From an uncultured Candidatus Saccharibacteria bacterium (lineage in GTDB: Bacteria > Patescibacteriota > Doudnabacteria > UBA920 > VMFF01): a stretch of 64,000 nucleotides of DNA. How positions within the stretch are numbered: the first letter of the stretch is position 1; every line of letters begins with the position of its first letter. The stretch spans positions 3,800-67,799 of the forward strand of contig CAYIKZ010000002.1 in the NCBI GenBank assembly GCA_964364285.1, written 5' to 3'. A program made the position numbers and the translations under genes. A model generated the notes under the pieces. That model was not told where the DNA came from. It worked only from the letters and a program-made list of their open reading frames with translations, and searched no databases. Of this stretch, positions 39,150-48,893 are shown piece by piece.

Positions 39150-42100
39150 ATGAGTGAAAACTTACAAATCAGAACCAAGAACGCACTATCCGAACTCGGA
39201 GAAAAAATCTTTCTAGATCGTTATGCAGTTAAAGATGCTAAAAAAGAAACATTGGCAGTAGGAGATACTGTTGTCATCAATGTTAATTTAAAAACAGGAC
39301 AGAGAGAAATTGGAACAGTTAAGGAAGTTGATAGGTTTAGCAAACAAGTAGAAGTAACCTTGCGCGATGGCACAGTAGAGAAACGCGCAATAGAGCATGT
39401 AGACAAACCTTTGGAAACAGTTCCTGAACAAATGTTTGAGCGCATAGCTCGTCATATTGCAAGCGTTGAGAAAACTCCAGAAAAACAAAATGAATGGCAG
39501 GGGAAATTTAGAGAACTAATGGATGACTGGAAATATGTTCCAGCAGGAAGAATCTTTACTGGTGCAGGAACCGGTCAAAACCTAACTTTTTACAACTGCT
39601 ATGTCATACCATGTCCTCAGGATTCTCGTGGTGGTATTTTTGACACACTCAGACAAATGGCAGAAATCATGTCCCGAGGGGGCGGTGTTGGTATAAACGT
39701 ATCTACGTTGAGACCAAGATACGCATATGTTAAAGGTGTTAATGGAAGATCCTCTGGTTCTGTTTCCTGGGCTTCTTTGTATAGCTTTGTTACAGGTTTA
39801 ATTGAACAGGGTGGTTGTTTTGGACCGAATGAAAGAATTGCAACCAATGTTGGTTTGGTTCCTGCAAAAGAATTGGCTGACCGTGTTGAAGCAGGTGAAG
39901 CAATATACGCCCAAACCCATAAAGGTATGCGCCGAATAACAGCTAAATTCAGAAATGGCGTGAAAGAACTTTATGAAGTAACAACTGAGCGTGGATTTAG
40001 CACCGAGATAACAGCAGATCATAAGGTTGCAGTACTATTAAACGGCCGAGTTGAAACAACTGCTTTAAAAAATTTGAAGCAAGGAGACGACATCTTGTTG
40101 TTGCTTGGCAATGCTACTGGTCAAAATTATGTGTCGCTTAAGAAAAGTGATTACAAGCGTTCTGTAATGAGTACGACCTTAAATACTGATGTTCGTCTTC
40201 CTGAAATGCTCAATGAAGATTTGGCATACCTTGTTGGATATATGTTGGGTGATGGATATGTGAGTTGGGGTAAAAAAGTAAATTGGTCTGCTCCTAAAGC
40301 TGTTAAAATGGCAACCGCCGATGCATACCCTGAAATTCGTCAGAGAATTGTTGATGCGATCCAAAATCTTTTTGGTGTTGATGCAGTAATTGAAAAAGGC
40401 GACGGTGCTTGCCAAAACGTTTCTTTGTATTCTCGCATTGTAATTGAGTGGCTCTTAGAAAATGGTTTACTCAAATCTAAAGCAAAAGATATTCGTGTGC
40501 CAGAAAGCATTTTTCGCTCACCGACCAGCGTGACTGGGTCATTCATAGCCGGGTATTTTGACGCTGACGGTTGCAACCGTGGAGCAAAGGGTGGTTATGG
40601 TATTGACAGCATAAGTCGTGAAATGCTCACAGACGTGCAACAGCTTTTAGCTGCAAACGGTGTCTTGTCTGCTATTCGTGCAACTGATCGAACAGAACAA
40701 GGTTGGCAAACAATCTATCGTTTAAGTGTTACTGGAAATCAATTTAAAGAGCGTTTTGCGGATTTGGTTTCTACTGCCAAGCGTTCTGACTTCAATGGCA
40801 AGCGCGATATGTTTAATACTTACCCGTCAGAAATTTTAGCTGCTGTCGGTGTGCGTAGCAAGGACCGTCAGGGAATCTATGATGGCACATCTCCGCAGGT
40901 TTCTTTTAATCAACTTGTACACATCCAAAAACGTTTGAATACTGTCGAACAATATTCTGCCGCCCAATATCTTGATGACATCATGCACACCATTCCTGAC
41001 ACGATTACCGCAATCAAATCGGTTGGTAAAAGCGATGTTTATGACTTTGAGGTTGAAGATGTCCATTTGCTCAGCGGTGGTGGTGTTTACACTTCAAACA
41101 GCAGAAGAGGCGCTTTAATGCTCATTCTAAACGTTTGGCATCCTGATATTGTTGATTTCATTAATGCAAAGAGAGAAGCTGGAAAAATAACTAACGCGAA
41201 TATTTCTGTTGGTATTACTGATGATTTTATGGAAGCAGTTAAAAATGATGCTGACTGGGATTTGGTTTTCCCAGACACATCAGATCCTTTGTATCAATCA
41301 GAGTGGGCTGAGACACAAGGTGATATTAAAGCATGGCAAAAACTTGGTGGTAAAGTCGTTGTTCATAAAACAATGAAAGCAAAAGAAATCTGGGATCAAA
41401 TCATTTCCTCAGCATGGTCTTCAGCAGAACCTGGTGTTTACTTCATTGATCGCGCAAACTATCTTTCAAATTCTTACTACTACGCAGCATTGCCTTGTAC
41501 CAATCCTTGTGGTGAACAACCACTTCCTGCTTGGGGTGTTTGTAACCTAGGACATGTTAATCTTGCAAAACATCTTACAAACAATGAAGTTGATTGGCAG
41601 AAATTAAAAGAAACAGTAAGATACGCAGTTCGTTTCCAGGACAATGTCATAGATGCAACACCATACTTCTTTGATGAGAACTTTAAACAACAAATGTCTG
41701 AAAGAAGAGTTGGTATGGGAACAATCGGACTCGCAGAAATGTTAATTAAATTAAGAATTAGATATGGCAGTGATCAAGCAATTCAATTCATCGACAAACT
41801 ATATCAATTCATTGCAGTTACATCTTACGAAACATCAGTAGAAATCGCTCGTGAAAAAGGATCTTTCCCTCAATTTGATGCTGAAAAATTCTTAGAAAGC
41901 GGATACATGAAAGCAATGCCTGAATATATTCGTTCATTAGTAAGACAATACGGTGTAAGAAACGTAACAATAATGACTCAGGCACCAACTGGAACAATCG
42001 GAACAATGGTTGGAACATCAACAGGAATTGAACCATTCTTCTCATGGACATACTTTAGAAAGAGCAGACTTGGTGTTCATGAAGAAAAGATTAAACTAGC

Positions 42101-43106
42101 TCAAGACTGGTTGGATCAAAATCCAGGACAAGAACTTCCAGAATACTTTGTTACTGCAATGAGCCTTGCTCCTGAAGACCACGTTAGAGTTCAGGCAGCA
42201 GTTCAACGTTGGACAGACTCAGCAATTTCAAAGACCTGTAATGCCCCTTCAAACTACACTGTAGAAGACACTAAAAAGCTATACCAGATGATGTATGACC
42301 TTGGTTGCAAAGGTGGAACCATTTACCGTGATGGTTCAAGAGATGAACAAATCTTAGCAACAGATGCAAAGAACCTTGGTAAAGATGTTCAGGAACAACT
42401 AGAGGCAAAAGCAAAGATTGAAACACAAGTAACTCAAATTGTTCAAGAAGGACAAGATCTCTTACAAATTGGTGACCACAAGTTCTTGGTTAAAAAACTC
42501 ATTCAAAACGGAACTAAATTTGAAGTTGTACCAAGGGAACGTCCAATTGAGATGCAAGGAACAACATACAAATTAAATACGCCGTATGGTTCGCTCTTTG
42601 TAACCATAAACGAAGATGAGCATGGACCATTTGAAGTCTTTGCACAGCTTGGTAAAGCTGGTGGTTTTTTCGCAGCTCAATCAGAAGCTCTATGCAGAAT
42701 GATTTCCTTAAGTTTAAGATCAGGCGTTGCTGTAGAGGAAATAATCAAACAGTTGAAGGGAATTAGAAGTACTGAGGTTGCATTTAACCAAGGCGAGATA
42801 ATTTATTCATTGCCTGATGGTATTGCAAAGACCATGGAAAAGCACATCAATCGCAAACAGCAAAGCTTACAACTCCAATTCAAACAAGCAGAACCAGCAA
42901 AACTCGATTTAAAAGAAGAAGTCAAAATGACAGTTTCAGAAGGACCGGTAGAAGTAAGTTCTGTTGCGGAGTTTCAGCCTAAACAACAAAAGGTTTCAAT
43001 GGCAGACTATGGTCATGCGCCGGTTTGTCCAGATTGTTCTTCAATGCTTGTTATGGCAGAGGGATGTATGAAATGTGATGTCTGCGGATATTCTAAGTGC
43101 GGTTAA
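39150..43106 (+). CDS. nrdJ: Ribonucleotide reductase, adenosylcobalamin-dependent (class II-like), containing an intein
   Basis: RNR catalytic motifs (NPCGE, C-terminal CxxC...CxxC tail). nrdR is upstream and a cobalamin adenosyltransferase gene downstream. 1318 aa including the intein. Confidence 0.85.
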   Translation: MSENLQIRTKNALSELGEKIFLDRYAVKDAKKETLAVGDTVVINVNLKTGQREIGTVKEVDRFSKQVEVTLRDGTVEKRAIEHVDKPLETVPEQMFERIARHIASVEKTPEKQNEWQGKFRELMDDWKYVPAGRIFTGAGTGQNLTFYNCYVIPCPQDSRGGIFDTLRQMAEIMSRGGGVGINVSTLRPRYAYVKGVNGRSSGSVSWASLYSFVTGLIEQGGCFGPNERIATNVGLVPAKELADRVEAGEAIYAQTHKGMRRITAKFRNGVKELYEVTTERGFSTEITADHKVAVLLNGRVETTALKNLKQGDDILLLLGNATGQNYVSLKKSDYKRSVMSTTLNTDVRLPEMLNEDLAYLVGYMLGDGYVSWGKKVNWSAPKAVKMATADAYPEIRQRIVDAIQNLFGVDAVIEKGDGACQNVSLYSRIVIEWLLENGLLKSKAKDIRVPESIFRSPTSVTGSFIAGYFDADGCNRGAKGGYGIDSISREMLTDVQQLLAANGVLSAIRATDRTEQGWQTIYRLSVTGNQFKERFADLVSTAKRSDFNGKRDMFNTYPSEILAAVGVRSKDRQGIYDGTSPQVSFNQLVHIQKRLNTVEQYSAAQYLDDIMHTIPDTITAIKSVGKSDVYDFEVEDVHLLSGGGVYTSNSRRGALMLILNVWHPDIVDFINAKREAGKITNANISVGITDDFMEAVKNDADWDLVFPDTSDPLYQSEWAETQGDIKAWQKLGGKVVVHKTMKAKEIWDQIISSAWSSAEPGVYFIDRANYLSNSYYYAALPCTNPCGEQPLPAWGVCNLGHVNLAKHLTNNEVDWQKLKETVRYAVRFQDNVIDATPYFFDENFKQQMSERRVGMGTIGLAEMLIKLRIRYGSDQAIQFIDKLYQFIAVTSYETSVEIAREKGSFPQFDAEKFLESGYMKAMPEYIRSLVRQYGVRNVTIMTQAPTGTIGTMVGTSTGIEPFFSWTYFRKSRLGVHEEKIKLAQDWLDQNPGQELPEYFVTAMSLAPEDHVRVQAAVQRWTDSAISKTCNAPSNYTVEDTKKLYQMMYDLGCKGGTIYRDGSRDEQILATDAKNLGKDVQEQLEAKAKIETQVTQIVQEGQDLLQIGDHKFLVKKLIQNGTKFEVVPRERPIEMQGTTYKLNTPYGSLFVTINEDEHGPFEVFAQLGKAGGFFAAQSEALCRMISLSLRSGVAVEEIIKQLKGIRSTEVAFNQGEIIYSLPDGIAKTMEKHINRKQQSLQLQFKQAEPAKLDLKEEVKMTVSEGPVEVSSVAEFQPKQQKVSMADYGHAPVCPDCSSMLVMAEGCMKCDVCGYSKCG
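39816..41099 (+). mobile_element. Intein with a LAGLIDADG homing-endonuclease domain inside nrdJ
   Basis: Begins with Cys after ...EQGG. Two LAGLIDADG motifs (LAYLVGYMLGDGYV, FIAGYFDADGC). Block G VYDFEVEDVHLL...VYTSN, followed by the extein SRRGALM. Confidence 0.75.
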
Positions 43107-43114
43107 TTAAAGAA

Positions 43115-43145
43115 CTTAAAGAAATCGCCTTAGAGGCGATTTTCT
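43115..43145 (+). terminator. Terminator after nrdJ
   Basis: aaatcgcc-ttagag-gcgattt followed by a T-run. Confidence 0.6.
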
Positions 43146-43155
43146 TTTTACTAAA

Positions 43156-43407
43156 ATGATCCTAAAAGTAAAAGCTCATCCTAAATCTAAAAAAAGAATG
43201 CTCAAGAAAATTTCCAATACTGAAGTCGAAGTTTGGATTCATGAAGAACCAATAGAAGGGAAGGCTAACAAAGCAATCATAGAGCTTTTGTCTGAAGAAC
43301 TAGAAATCCCTAAGAGTTTGATTAGTATAAAGTCGGGGAGCGCTTCTAAACAAAAAAGCTTTGAGATACAAGGCAAGCCCAAAATGCCAAGAGACTTGTT
43401 TGGGTAA
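43156..43407 (+). CDS. DUF167/YggU-family small protein
   Basis: 83 aa with the pattern ...KVKAHPKSKK...VEVWIHEEPIEGKANKA..., typical of UPF0235. Confidence 0.65.
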   Translation: MILKVKAHPKSKKRMLKKISNTEVEVWIHEEPIEGKANKAIIELLSEELEIPKSLISIKSGSASKQKSFEIQGKPKMPRDLFG

Positions 43408-43512
43408 TCAAAAGCCCCGATTGCTCGGGGCTAGAGAATTTACACGAGTTCTTAGGGAACGTAGACCTAACAAAGACAATGTAGCAAAACAATTGTAGAA
43501 CGTCAATATTTT

Positions 43513-43590
43513 GGTGGACCCCAGGGGAATCGAACCCCGCGTGTAAAATGTTAGGTCTACACTGTTCACCTGAAGCTTTTAGGCCCAGGA
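43513..43590 (-). other. Aberrant tRNA-like element (intact T arm and ACCA end, no canonical anticodon arm), flanked by a 12-bp inverted repeat
   Basis: Minus strand reads ...GCGGGGTTCGATTCCCCTGGGGTCCACCA, but the 5' half cannot be folded into D and anticodon arms. Inverted repeat GTAGACCTAACA at 43461-43472 pairs with TGTTAGGTCTAC at 43539-43550. Confidence 0.3.
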
Positions 43591-43651
43591 ACAAATCATA
43601 ACAAACTCAAATTAAATAAAGATTAAACATAGATAATTATTCAAATCCGTT

Positions 43652-44233
43652 ATGTCTAAAGGCCTAAACATCTACTATTTCGGGAAAGGAAAAGGAAAAA
43701 CCACAGCAGTGATGGGTCTTGCTGTTCGTGCTGCTGGTGCTTCTTTGGATGTTTGCATTTTGCAGTTTGTAAAAGCAAAACAACCAAAAAAAGGAGACCG
43801 TTTACAAAGTGGAGAATGGCCTGTTTCAAATGAGTTTTTGTATTTCAATGCAAATAAAACAAACAAGGTTGGTAAAATTGAAAGCAAACAAGTTGGAGCT
43901 GGATTTGTTGGAATATTAGGTGACAAAAAACAAAGAGCAATCCATATTAAAGTTGCAAAACAAGGATTAAAAGAAGCTGAGAAAATATTTGAATCCAAAA
44001 AATACCAGCTCGTAATTCTAGATGAGCTCATTTCTGCTCTTGAACTTAAACTAGTAACTGAAAAAGAAGTCCTTAACCTCATTTCAAAAAAACCTAAAGA
44101 ATTACACCTTGCATACACAGGTCACGATGCTTTCAAAAAGATAATAGAGGTTTCAGATTTGGTTTCTGAAGTAAAAATGATTAAGCACCCATATTACAAA
44201 GGAATCATGGCAATTAGGGGCATAGATTTTTAA
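43652..44233 (+). CDS. Cob(I)alamin adenosyltransferase (CobA/BtuR family)
   Basis: P-loop YYFGKGKGKTTA near the N-terminus. 193 aa. Functionally linked to the B12-dependent RNR. Confidence 0.75.
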   Translation: MSKGLNIYYFGKGKGKTTAVMGLAVRAAGASLDVCILQFVKAKQPKKGDRLQSGEWPVSNEFLYFNANKTNKVGKIESKQVGAGFVGILGDKKQRAIHIKVAKQGLKEAEKIFESKKYQLVILDELISALELKLVTEKEVLNLISKKPKELHLAYTGHDAFKKIIEVSDLVSEVKMIKHPYYKGIMAIRGIDF

Positions 44234-44277
44234 TTGTGATATACTAATATCACTAGAAAATATTAGGGAGAAAAAAA

Positions 44278-44736
44278 ATGATGGAAAACAAACAAAAAAT
44301 ATTAGTTGGTCTAGTCGTTCTTTTAGCAATCGCTTTAATATCAATGCTTTTGTTAAAGAACAATGCTAAACAAAATAAGCAAGCAGAACAACCCAAGATA
44401 AATAGAGTAGATGCACCTAAGGGCAAAATCGTTTCTGGTTTCCCACAAGCATTAATAGTTGATAGTTCAGCAGAGACCCAGTCCAGCTACACTATAAAGT
44501 ACGAGACAGAGAATCAATACACGGCAAGCTTTAAGACAGACAAGAGCGTCAAAGATGAATACAGTGCATACATATCTTTCTTCGAAAAGAATAAGTATGA
44601 GGTTGTAAACAAGTCAGAAGGACCGGTTGTTTCATCAATCTATGCGAAAGATGCCTCCGGAGAAGTTAACGTAGTCATAAGCAGGCTTGAAAAAGACACC
44701 CAAACCTCAGTTGTTGTTTCTTATCTGAAGAAATAA
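44278..44736 (+). CDS. Membrane-anchored hypothetical protein
   Basis: 152 aa with an N-terminal TM and a hydrophilic domain. Confidence 0.45.
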   Translation: MMENKQKILVGLVVLLAIALISMLLLKNNAKQNKQAEQPKINRVDAPKGKIVSGFPQALIVDSSAETQSSYTIKYETENQYTASFKTDKSVKDEYSAYISFFEKNKYEVVNKSEGPVVSSIYAKDASGEVNVVISRLEKDTQTSVVVSYLKK

Positions 44737-44797
44737 CGCAAAGAGAATACAAAAACCGACTGTTTCAAAGCCGGTTTTTTTCTGTTAAAATATAACT

Positions 44798-46123
44798 ATG
44801 AAATTAATAGAACCACGAAATCTAAAGGGCTTCAGAGACTATCTGCCAACAGATCAGATTCCAAGAGCCATCATGTTTTCAAAAATCAAAGCAGTCTTTG
44901 AGCGTTTTGGGTTTGAGCCATTAGAAACGCCTGTTTTAGAATATGAGGATATTCTAGCTGGTAAATATGGAGTTGAAGGCGAGAAACTAATGTATCGCTT
45001 CAAAGACAATGGTGAAAGAGATGTTGCCATGCGATATGACCTAACAGTTCCACTAGCAAGAGTTTCAGCTCAATACCAAAACGAACTTCCAAAACCTTTC
45101 AAGAGATATCAGATTGCTCCAGTGTGGAGAGCAGAGAATACACAAAAAGGAAGATATCGCGAGTTCTATCAATGTGATGTTGATGTTGTTGGAGCACCTG
45201 CTGGTGTTGCAGATGCTGAATGTATTGCTATGGTAGAACAGATTTTCTTAGAGCTGGGTATAAAGAAATTTGTTGTTAAAGTAAACAACAGAAAAATATT
45301 GAATGCGATAATGCTGACAGCAGGGGTTTCAGAAGACAAGATACTAGATGCGATAAGAGCCATAGACAAGTTGGATAAGGTTGGAGCAAAAGCAGTTGTT
45401 TTAGAACTAAAAGAAAAAGTTGGATTAAGCTTAAACGAAGCTGAAGGCTTAATTACCCTTGCTTCAACAAAAGTTCCTGATATTGGTGCCCTAAAAGCAT
45501 TCATAAACAAATACATCCTTAAACAACCTCAAGGACAAGAAGGCTTTGATGAACTAAACAGTGTTTTTACAGCCTTAAAAGCTTTTGGAATAAAAAACGT
45601 TGAGATTGATCTTTCATTAGCTCGTGGTCTTGATTACTATACTTCGACAATCTTTGAAACAATCATTACTGAAACAGTAGACTCCAGAAAATATGGTTCA
45701 GTAGCTGGTGGTGGTAGATACGACAAATTAATCAAGCTTTTTACAGGCAAAGATGTTCCTGCTGTTGGTATTTCAATTGGTATTGATCGTTTGTTTGCAG
45801 CAATGGAAGACCTTGGTTTAGTTAAAAAACAAGGCATTGTTTCAGTATTGGTCTTAAACATGGAAGAATCTCTTCAAAAAGGATACTTAAAGATTGTTTC
45901 AGACTTGAGAAAAGCTGGTATTAATTCAGAGTTTTACTATATTCCTTCAGAAATGAAAAAGCAGTTTGCTTTTGCAGAAGCAAAAAACATCCCATATGGA
46001 ATACTTTTTGGTTTAGAAGAAGCAAAAAAAGGAACAGTTACCTTAAGAGACTTAAAAACAAGAAAACAAAAGACCGTTAAACAAAAAGACCTTCCAAAGG
46101 AATTAAAAAAACTTTTAAAATAG
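44798..46123 (+). CDS. hisS: Histidyl-tRNA synthetase
   Basis: Intact class II motifs: FRYE...GRYREFYQ (motif 2) and GGGRYD (motif 3), plus a C-terminal anticodon-binding domain. Confidence 0.95.
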   Translation: MKLIEPRNLKGFRDYLPTDQIPRAIMFSKIKAVFERFGFEPLETPVLEYEDILAGKYGVEGEKLMYRFKDNGERDVAMRYDLTVPLARVSAQYQNELPKPFKRYQIAPVWRAENTQKGRYREFYQCDVDVVGAPAGVADAECIAMVEQIFLELGIKKFVVKVNNRKILNAIMLTAGVSEDKILDAIRAIDKLDKVGAKAVVLELKEKVGLSLNEAEGLITLASTKVPDIGALKAFINKYILKQPQGQEGFDELNSVFTALKAFGIKNVEIDLSLARGLDYYTSTIFETIITETVDSRKYGSVAGGGRYDKLIKLFTGKDVPAVGISIGIDRLFAAMEDLGLVKKQGIVSVLVLNMEESLQKGYLKIVSDLRKAGINSEFYYIPSEMKKQFAFAEAKNIPYGILFGLEEAKKGTVTLRDLKTRKQKTVKQKDLPKELKKLLK

Positions 46124-46161
46124 TTAAGAAATATTTAATCTCAAGATGCTAGACTTGCAAA

Positions 46162-47601
46162 ATGAACAAGTCTAGCATTTTTGTTTGGGGAATTAGTTTT
46201 TTCCTTCTAGGTTCTTTCCTGGGAGTTAGCAAACAGACGGGGATAATACTTCCGTTGATTCTTTTTGTGTTTGGGTTGTTTTGCTCTTTTAAGATTAAAG
46301 AGAGGAGGTTAAAAATATCCGCAATATTTCTTGTTTTCTTCTTGCTTGGTTTTTTGAAAGCAGAGGTCTCTTCTTGGGAAGAAAGTAAATACTCCAAATA
46401 CTATGGCCAAAAAGCTTTCTTCAAAGCAACAATTGCGAAAGACCCTGAAACATACAAACAAAAATTTAAAAGAATAACCCTAAAGCCCGAGGGATTTGAT
46501 CAGATGCTTTTAACAACGTTTTTTACAAGAGACCAGTATTTCTACGGAGATCATGTTTTTGTAAGTGGAAAGATAAAAGAACCAAGAAGTGATGATGATT
46601 TTAACTACAAAAGATATCTTCAATCAAAAAATATCTATGCTCAGATTTCTTCTCCTGAAATCTTTGTCCTTACAAAAGCAAATGGTTTTACTTTAAACTC
46701 TAATCCAGCAATATTCTGGAGCTTGAAATTTAAACACTGGGTTTACAAACAATTTCAACAAAAGCTTCCAAAAGAACAGGCTGGTCTTTTGGTTTCCTTG
46801 CTAGTGGGACAAAAAGAGTTGCTTTCAGAACAAACAATTACAGAGTTTACCAAAGCAGGTTTGGCTCATATAATCGCGGTGTCGGGATTTACACTCACTT
46901 TAATCCTTCTTTTCTGTAGCAAACTAGGTGCGTATATTGGTAAAAAGAAGGCTTGGGCAATTTGTTTAGCGGTTGCTTTCCTTTATATTGTAATGGCTGA
47001 TTTTGCCGCTGGTGTCATACGAGCAGCTTTGATGTCAGGAATATTTGTTTTTGGGAAAAGCTTTGGTAGACAATACACGCTTTTGCCAGCTTTAGCTTTC
47101 ACAGCTGGAGCTTTGGTTTTTCTTAACCCTTTGATAATAAAGTATGACATTGGGTTTATGCTTTCTTTTCTTTCAATTCTCGGAATATTGTTCTTTGTTC
47201 CACCACTTGAAATCCTTCTTGAAAAAATACATATTCCAAAAAGATTTGAAATACGAAGCATTATTGCAACAACCCTGGCTGCTGAAATTGTTACAGTCCC
47301 ATTAACCCTTTATTATTTTCAACAATTTTCAGTTGTTGCACCACTTTCTAATCTGCTAATCCTTCCTATTCTTCCGATCTGTCTTGCTTTAGGGTACTTG
47401 GTTTGTTTTCCTTTGATAGGTTTTTTGATTGCAAAAATTCTTTTGATCCCTTTAAACTATTGCTTGTTTGTTGTTTCAACACTCTCTTCATTCAAATATT
47501 CAACCTTAAATTTTAAGATTCAAGCAAGCGTTTTAATCCTGGCATACATAGGTATTTTTCTCTTCTACAGAGCTTTAATGCGAAAGTTGAAAGATGTTTA
47601 A
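46162..47601 (+). CDS. ComEC/Rec2-family competence membrane protein (no beta-lactamase domain)
   Basis: N-terminal DUF4131-like region plus a multi-TM competence domain. 479 aa. Confidence 0.7.
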   Translation: MNKSSIFVWGISFFLLGSFLGVSKQTGIILPLILFVFGLFCSFKIKERRLKISAIFLVFFLLGFLKAEVSSWEESKYSKYYGQKAFFKATIAKDPETYKQKFKRITLKPEGFDQMLLTTFFTRDQYFYGDHVFVSGKIKEPRSDDDFNYKRYLQSKNIYAQISSPEIFVLTKANGFTLNSNPAIFWSLKFKHWVYKQFQQKLPKEQAGLLVSLLVGQKELLSEQTITEFTKAGLAHIIAVSGFTLTLILLFCSKLGAYIGKKKAWAICLAVAFLYIVMADFAAGVIRAALMSGIFVFGKSFGRQYTLLPALAFTAGALVFLNPLIIKYDIGFMLSFLSILGILFFVPPLEILLEKIHIPKRFEIRSIIATTLAAEIVTVPLTLYYFQQFSVVAPLSNLLILPILPICLALGYLVCFPLIGFLIAKILLIPLNYCLFVVSTLSSFKYSTLNFKIQASVLILAYIGIFLFYRALMRKLKDV

Positions 47602-47641
47602 TAGTTTGTTAAAATACCCAAGTAATTAAGCAAAATACAAG

Positions 47642-48358
47642 ATGACAAGAGCAGTTAAAATTTCAAGTGTAATTGCGGCAATAATCGTCATTGCTGCTGT
47701 AGTAATAATCGTTAAGAATAATAAAGGGGGAAGCAGAGAGGAAGTAAAAGATATGGCTAGTCAGACAGAAAACAAGCAAGCTGAGAATCAGAGCAATCCA
47801 TGTGCTGATGCATCACAAAAAGACAGCAACGGTAAGTTTAAACCAGCTGTAGACATTGCAAACAAAACAGCAGTTCTACAAACCAGCATGGGTGTAATCT
47901 CAATCAAGCTGTATGATCAGGATGTTCCAAAGACAGTTCAGAACTTTGTCTGTTTAATCCAAAAAGGGTACTATGATGGTATTAAATTTCATAGAGTCTC
48001 GCATGGATTTGTAATTCAAGCAGGGGATCCGACTGGAACAGGTGCTGGTGGTGAAAGTATCTTTGGCGGAAAATTTGAAGATGAACTAAATCAAGACACA
48101 GCTTCATATAAAGAAGGGTATGTTGAAGGAGTAGTAGCAATGGCAAATTCAGGACCAAACACAAATGGATCACAGTTCTTCATAATGACAGATACACGAA
48201 AAGATCTTCCAAATGCGTACACAATCTTTGGTAAAGTAACCATAGGTCTCGATGTTGTTAAGAAGATTGGCGCTGTTCCCGTAGAACCAGGTCCTTTTGG
48301 AACAGAAGATGGTGCTCCTAAGACCCCTGTTTTAATAAACAAAGCAATAATTAAATAA
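47642..48358 (+). CDS. Peptidyl-prolyl cis-trans isomerase, cyclophilin type, membrane-anchored
   Basis: N-terminal TM followed by a cyclophilin core (HRVSHGFVIQAGDPTGTG...SQFFI). Confidence 0.85.
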   Translation: MTRAVKISSVIAAIIVIAAVVIIVKNNKGGSREEVKDMASQTENKQAENQSNPCADASQKDSNGKFKPAVDIANKTAVLQTSMGVISIKLYDQDVPKTVQNFVCLIQKGYYDGIKFHRVSHGFVIQAGDPTGTGAGGESIFGGKFEDELNQDTASYKEGYVEGVVAMANSGPNTNGSQFFIMTDTRKDLPNAYTIFGKVTIGLDVVKKIGAVPVEPGPFGTEDGAPKTPVLINKAIIK

Positions 48359-48367
48359 TAGAAAAAT

Positions 48368-48859
48368 ATGGAAAGAACATTAGTATTACTAAAACCAGAC
48401 GCAGTTAGCAGGGGATTAGTTGGTGAAATAACTCAGCGTTTTGAGAGGGTTGGATTAAAAATTGCTGGTATGAAAATGGTTCAACCAGACGAGGATATTG
48501 CGACAAAACAGTACCACGACCTTGGTGAAAGAAAAGGCGCTGATGTTTTGAGAGTAACAGTTGAAATGTTAGTATCAGGTCCTGTTGTTGCAATTGTTTT
48601 TGAGGGAATAGAAGCAGTTGAATTGGTTAGAAAAATGGCTGGATCAACAGAACCAAAAGCAGCGGCTCCAGGAACCATACGAGGAGACTACTCACACATT
48701 TCCTTCAAGCATGCTGATGTAAAGAAAATTGGTGTTAAGAATTTAATCCATGCATCAGGATCAGTAGAGGATGCGGAAAAAGAGATTCCTATTTGGTTTG
48801 AAGAAGAAGAGTTAATTCAACACACTCCGTCATACGCAAAACACACATTAGGTGAATAA
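48368..48859 (+). CDS. ndk: Nucleoside diphosphate kinase
   Basis: ERTLVLLKPD...NLIHAS with an NDK active-site His. 163 aa. Confidence 0.9.
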   Translation: MERTLVLLKPDAVSRGLVGEITQRFERVGLKIAGMKMVQPDEDIATKQYHDLGERKGADVLRVTVEMLVSGPVVAIVFEGIEAVELVRKMAGSTEPKAAAPGTIRGDYSHISFKHADVKKIGVKNLIHASGSVEDAEKEIPIWFEEEELIQHTPSYAKHTLGE

Positions 48860-48866
48860 CTAAAAA

Positions 48867-48893
48867 AGAACCTCATCTGAGGTTCTTTTACTT
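48867..48893. terminator. Bidirectional terminator between ndk and the rel-like gene
   Basis: aagaacctca-tc-tgaggttctt. Confidence 0.6.
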
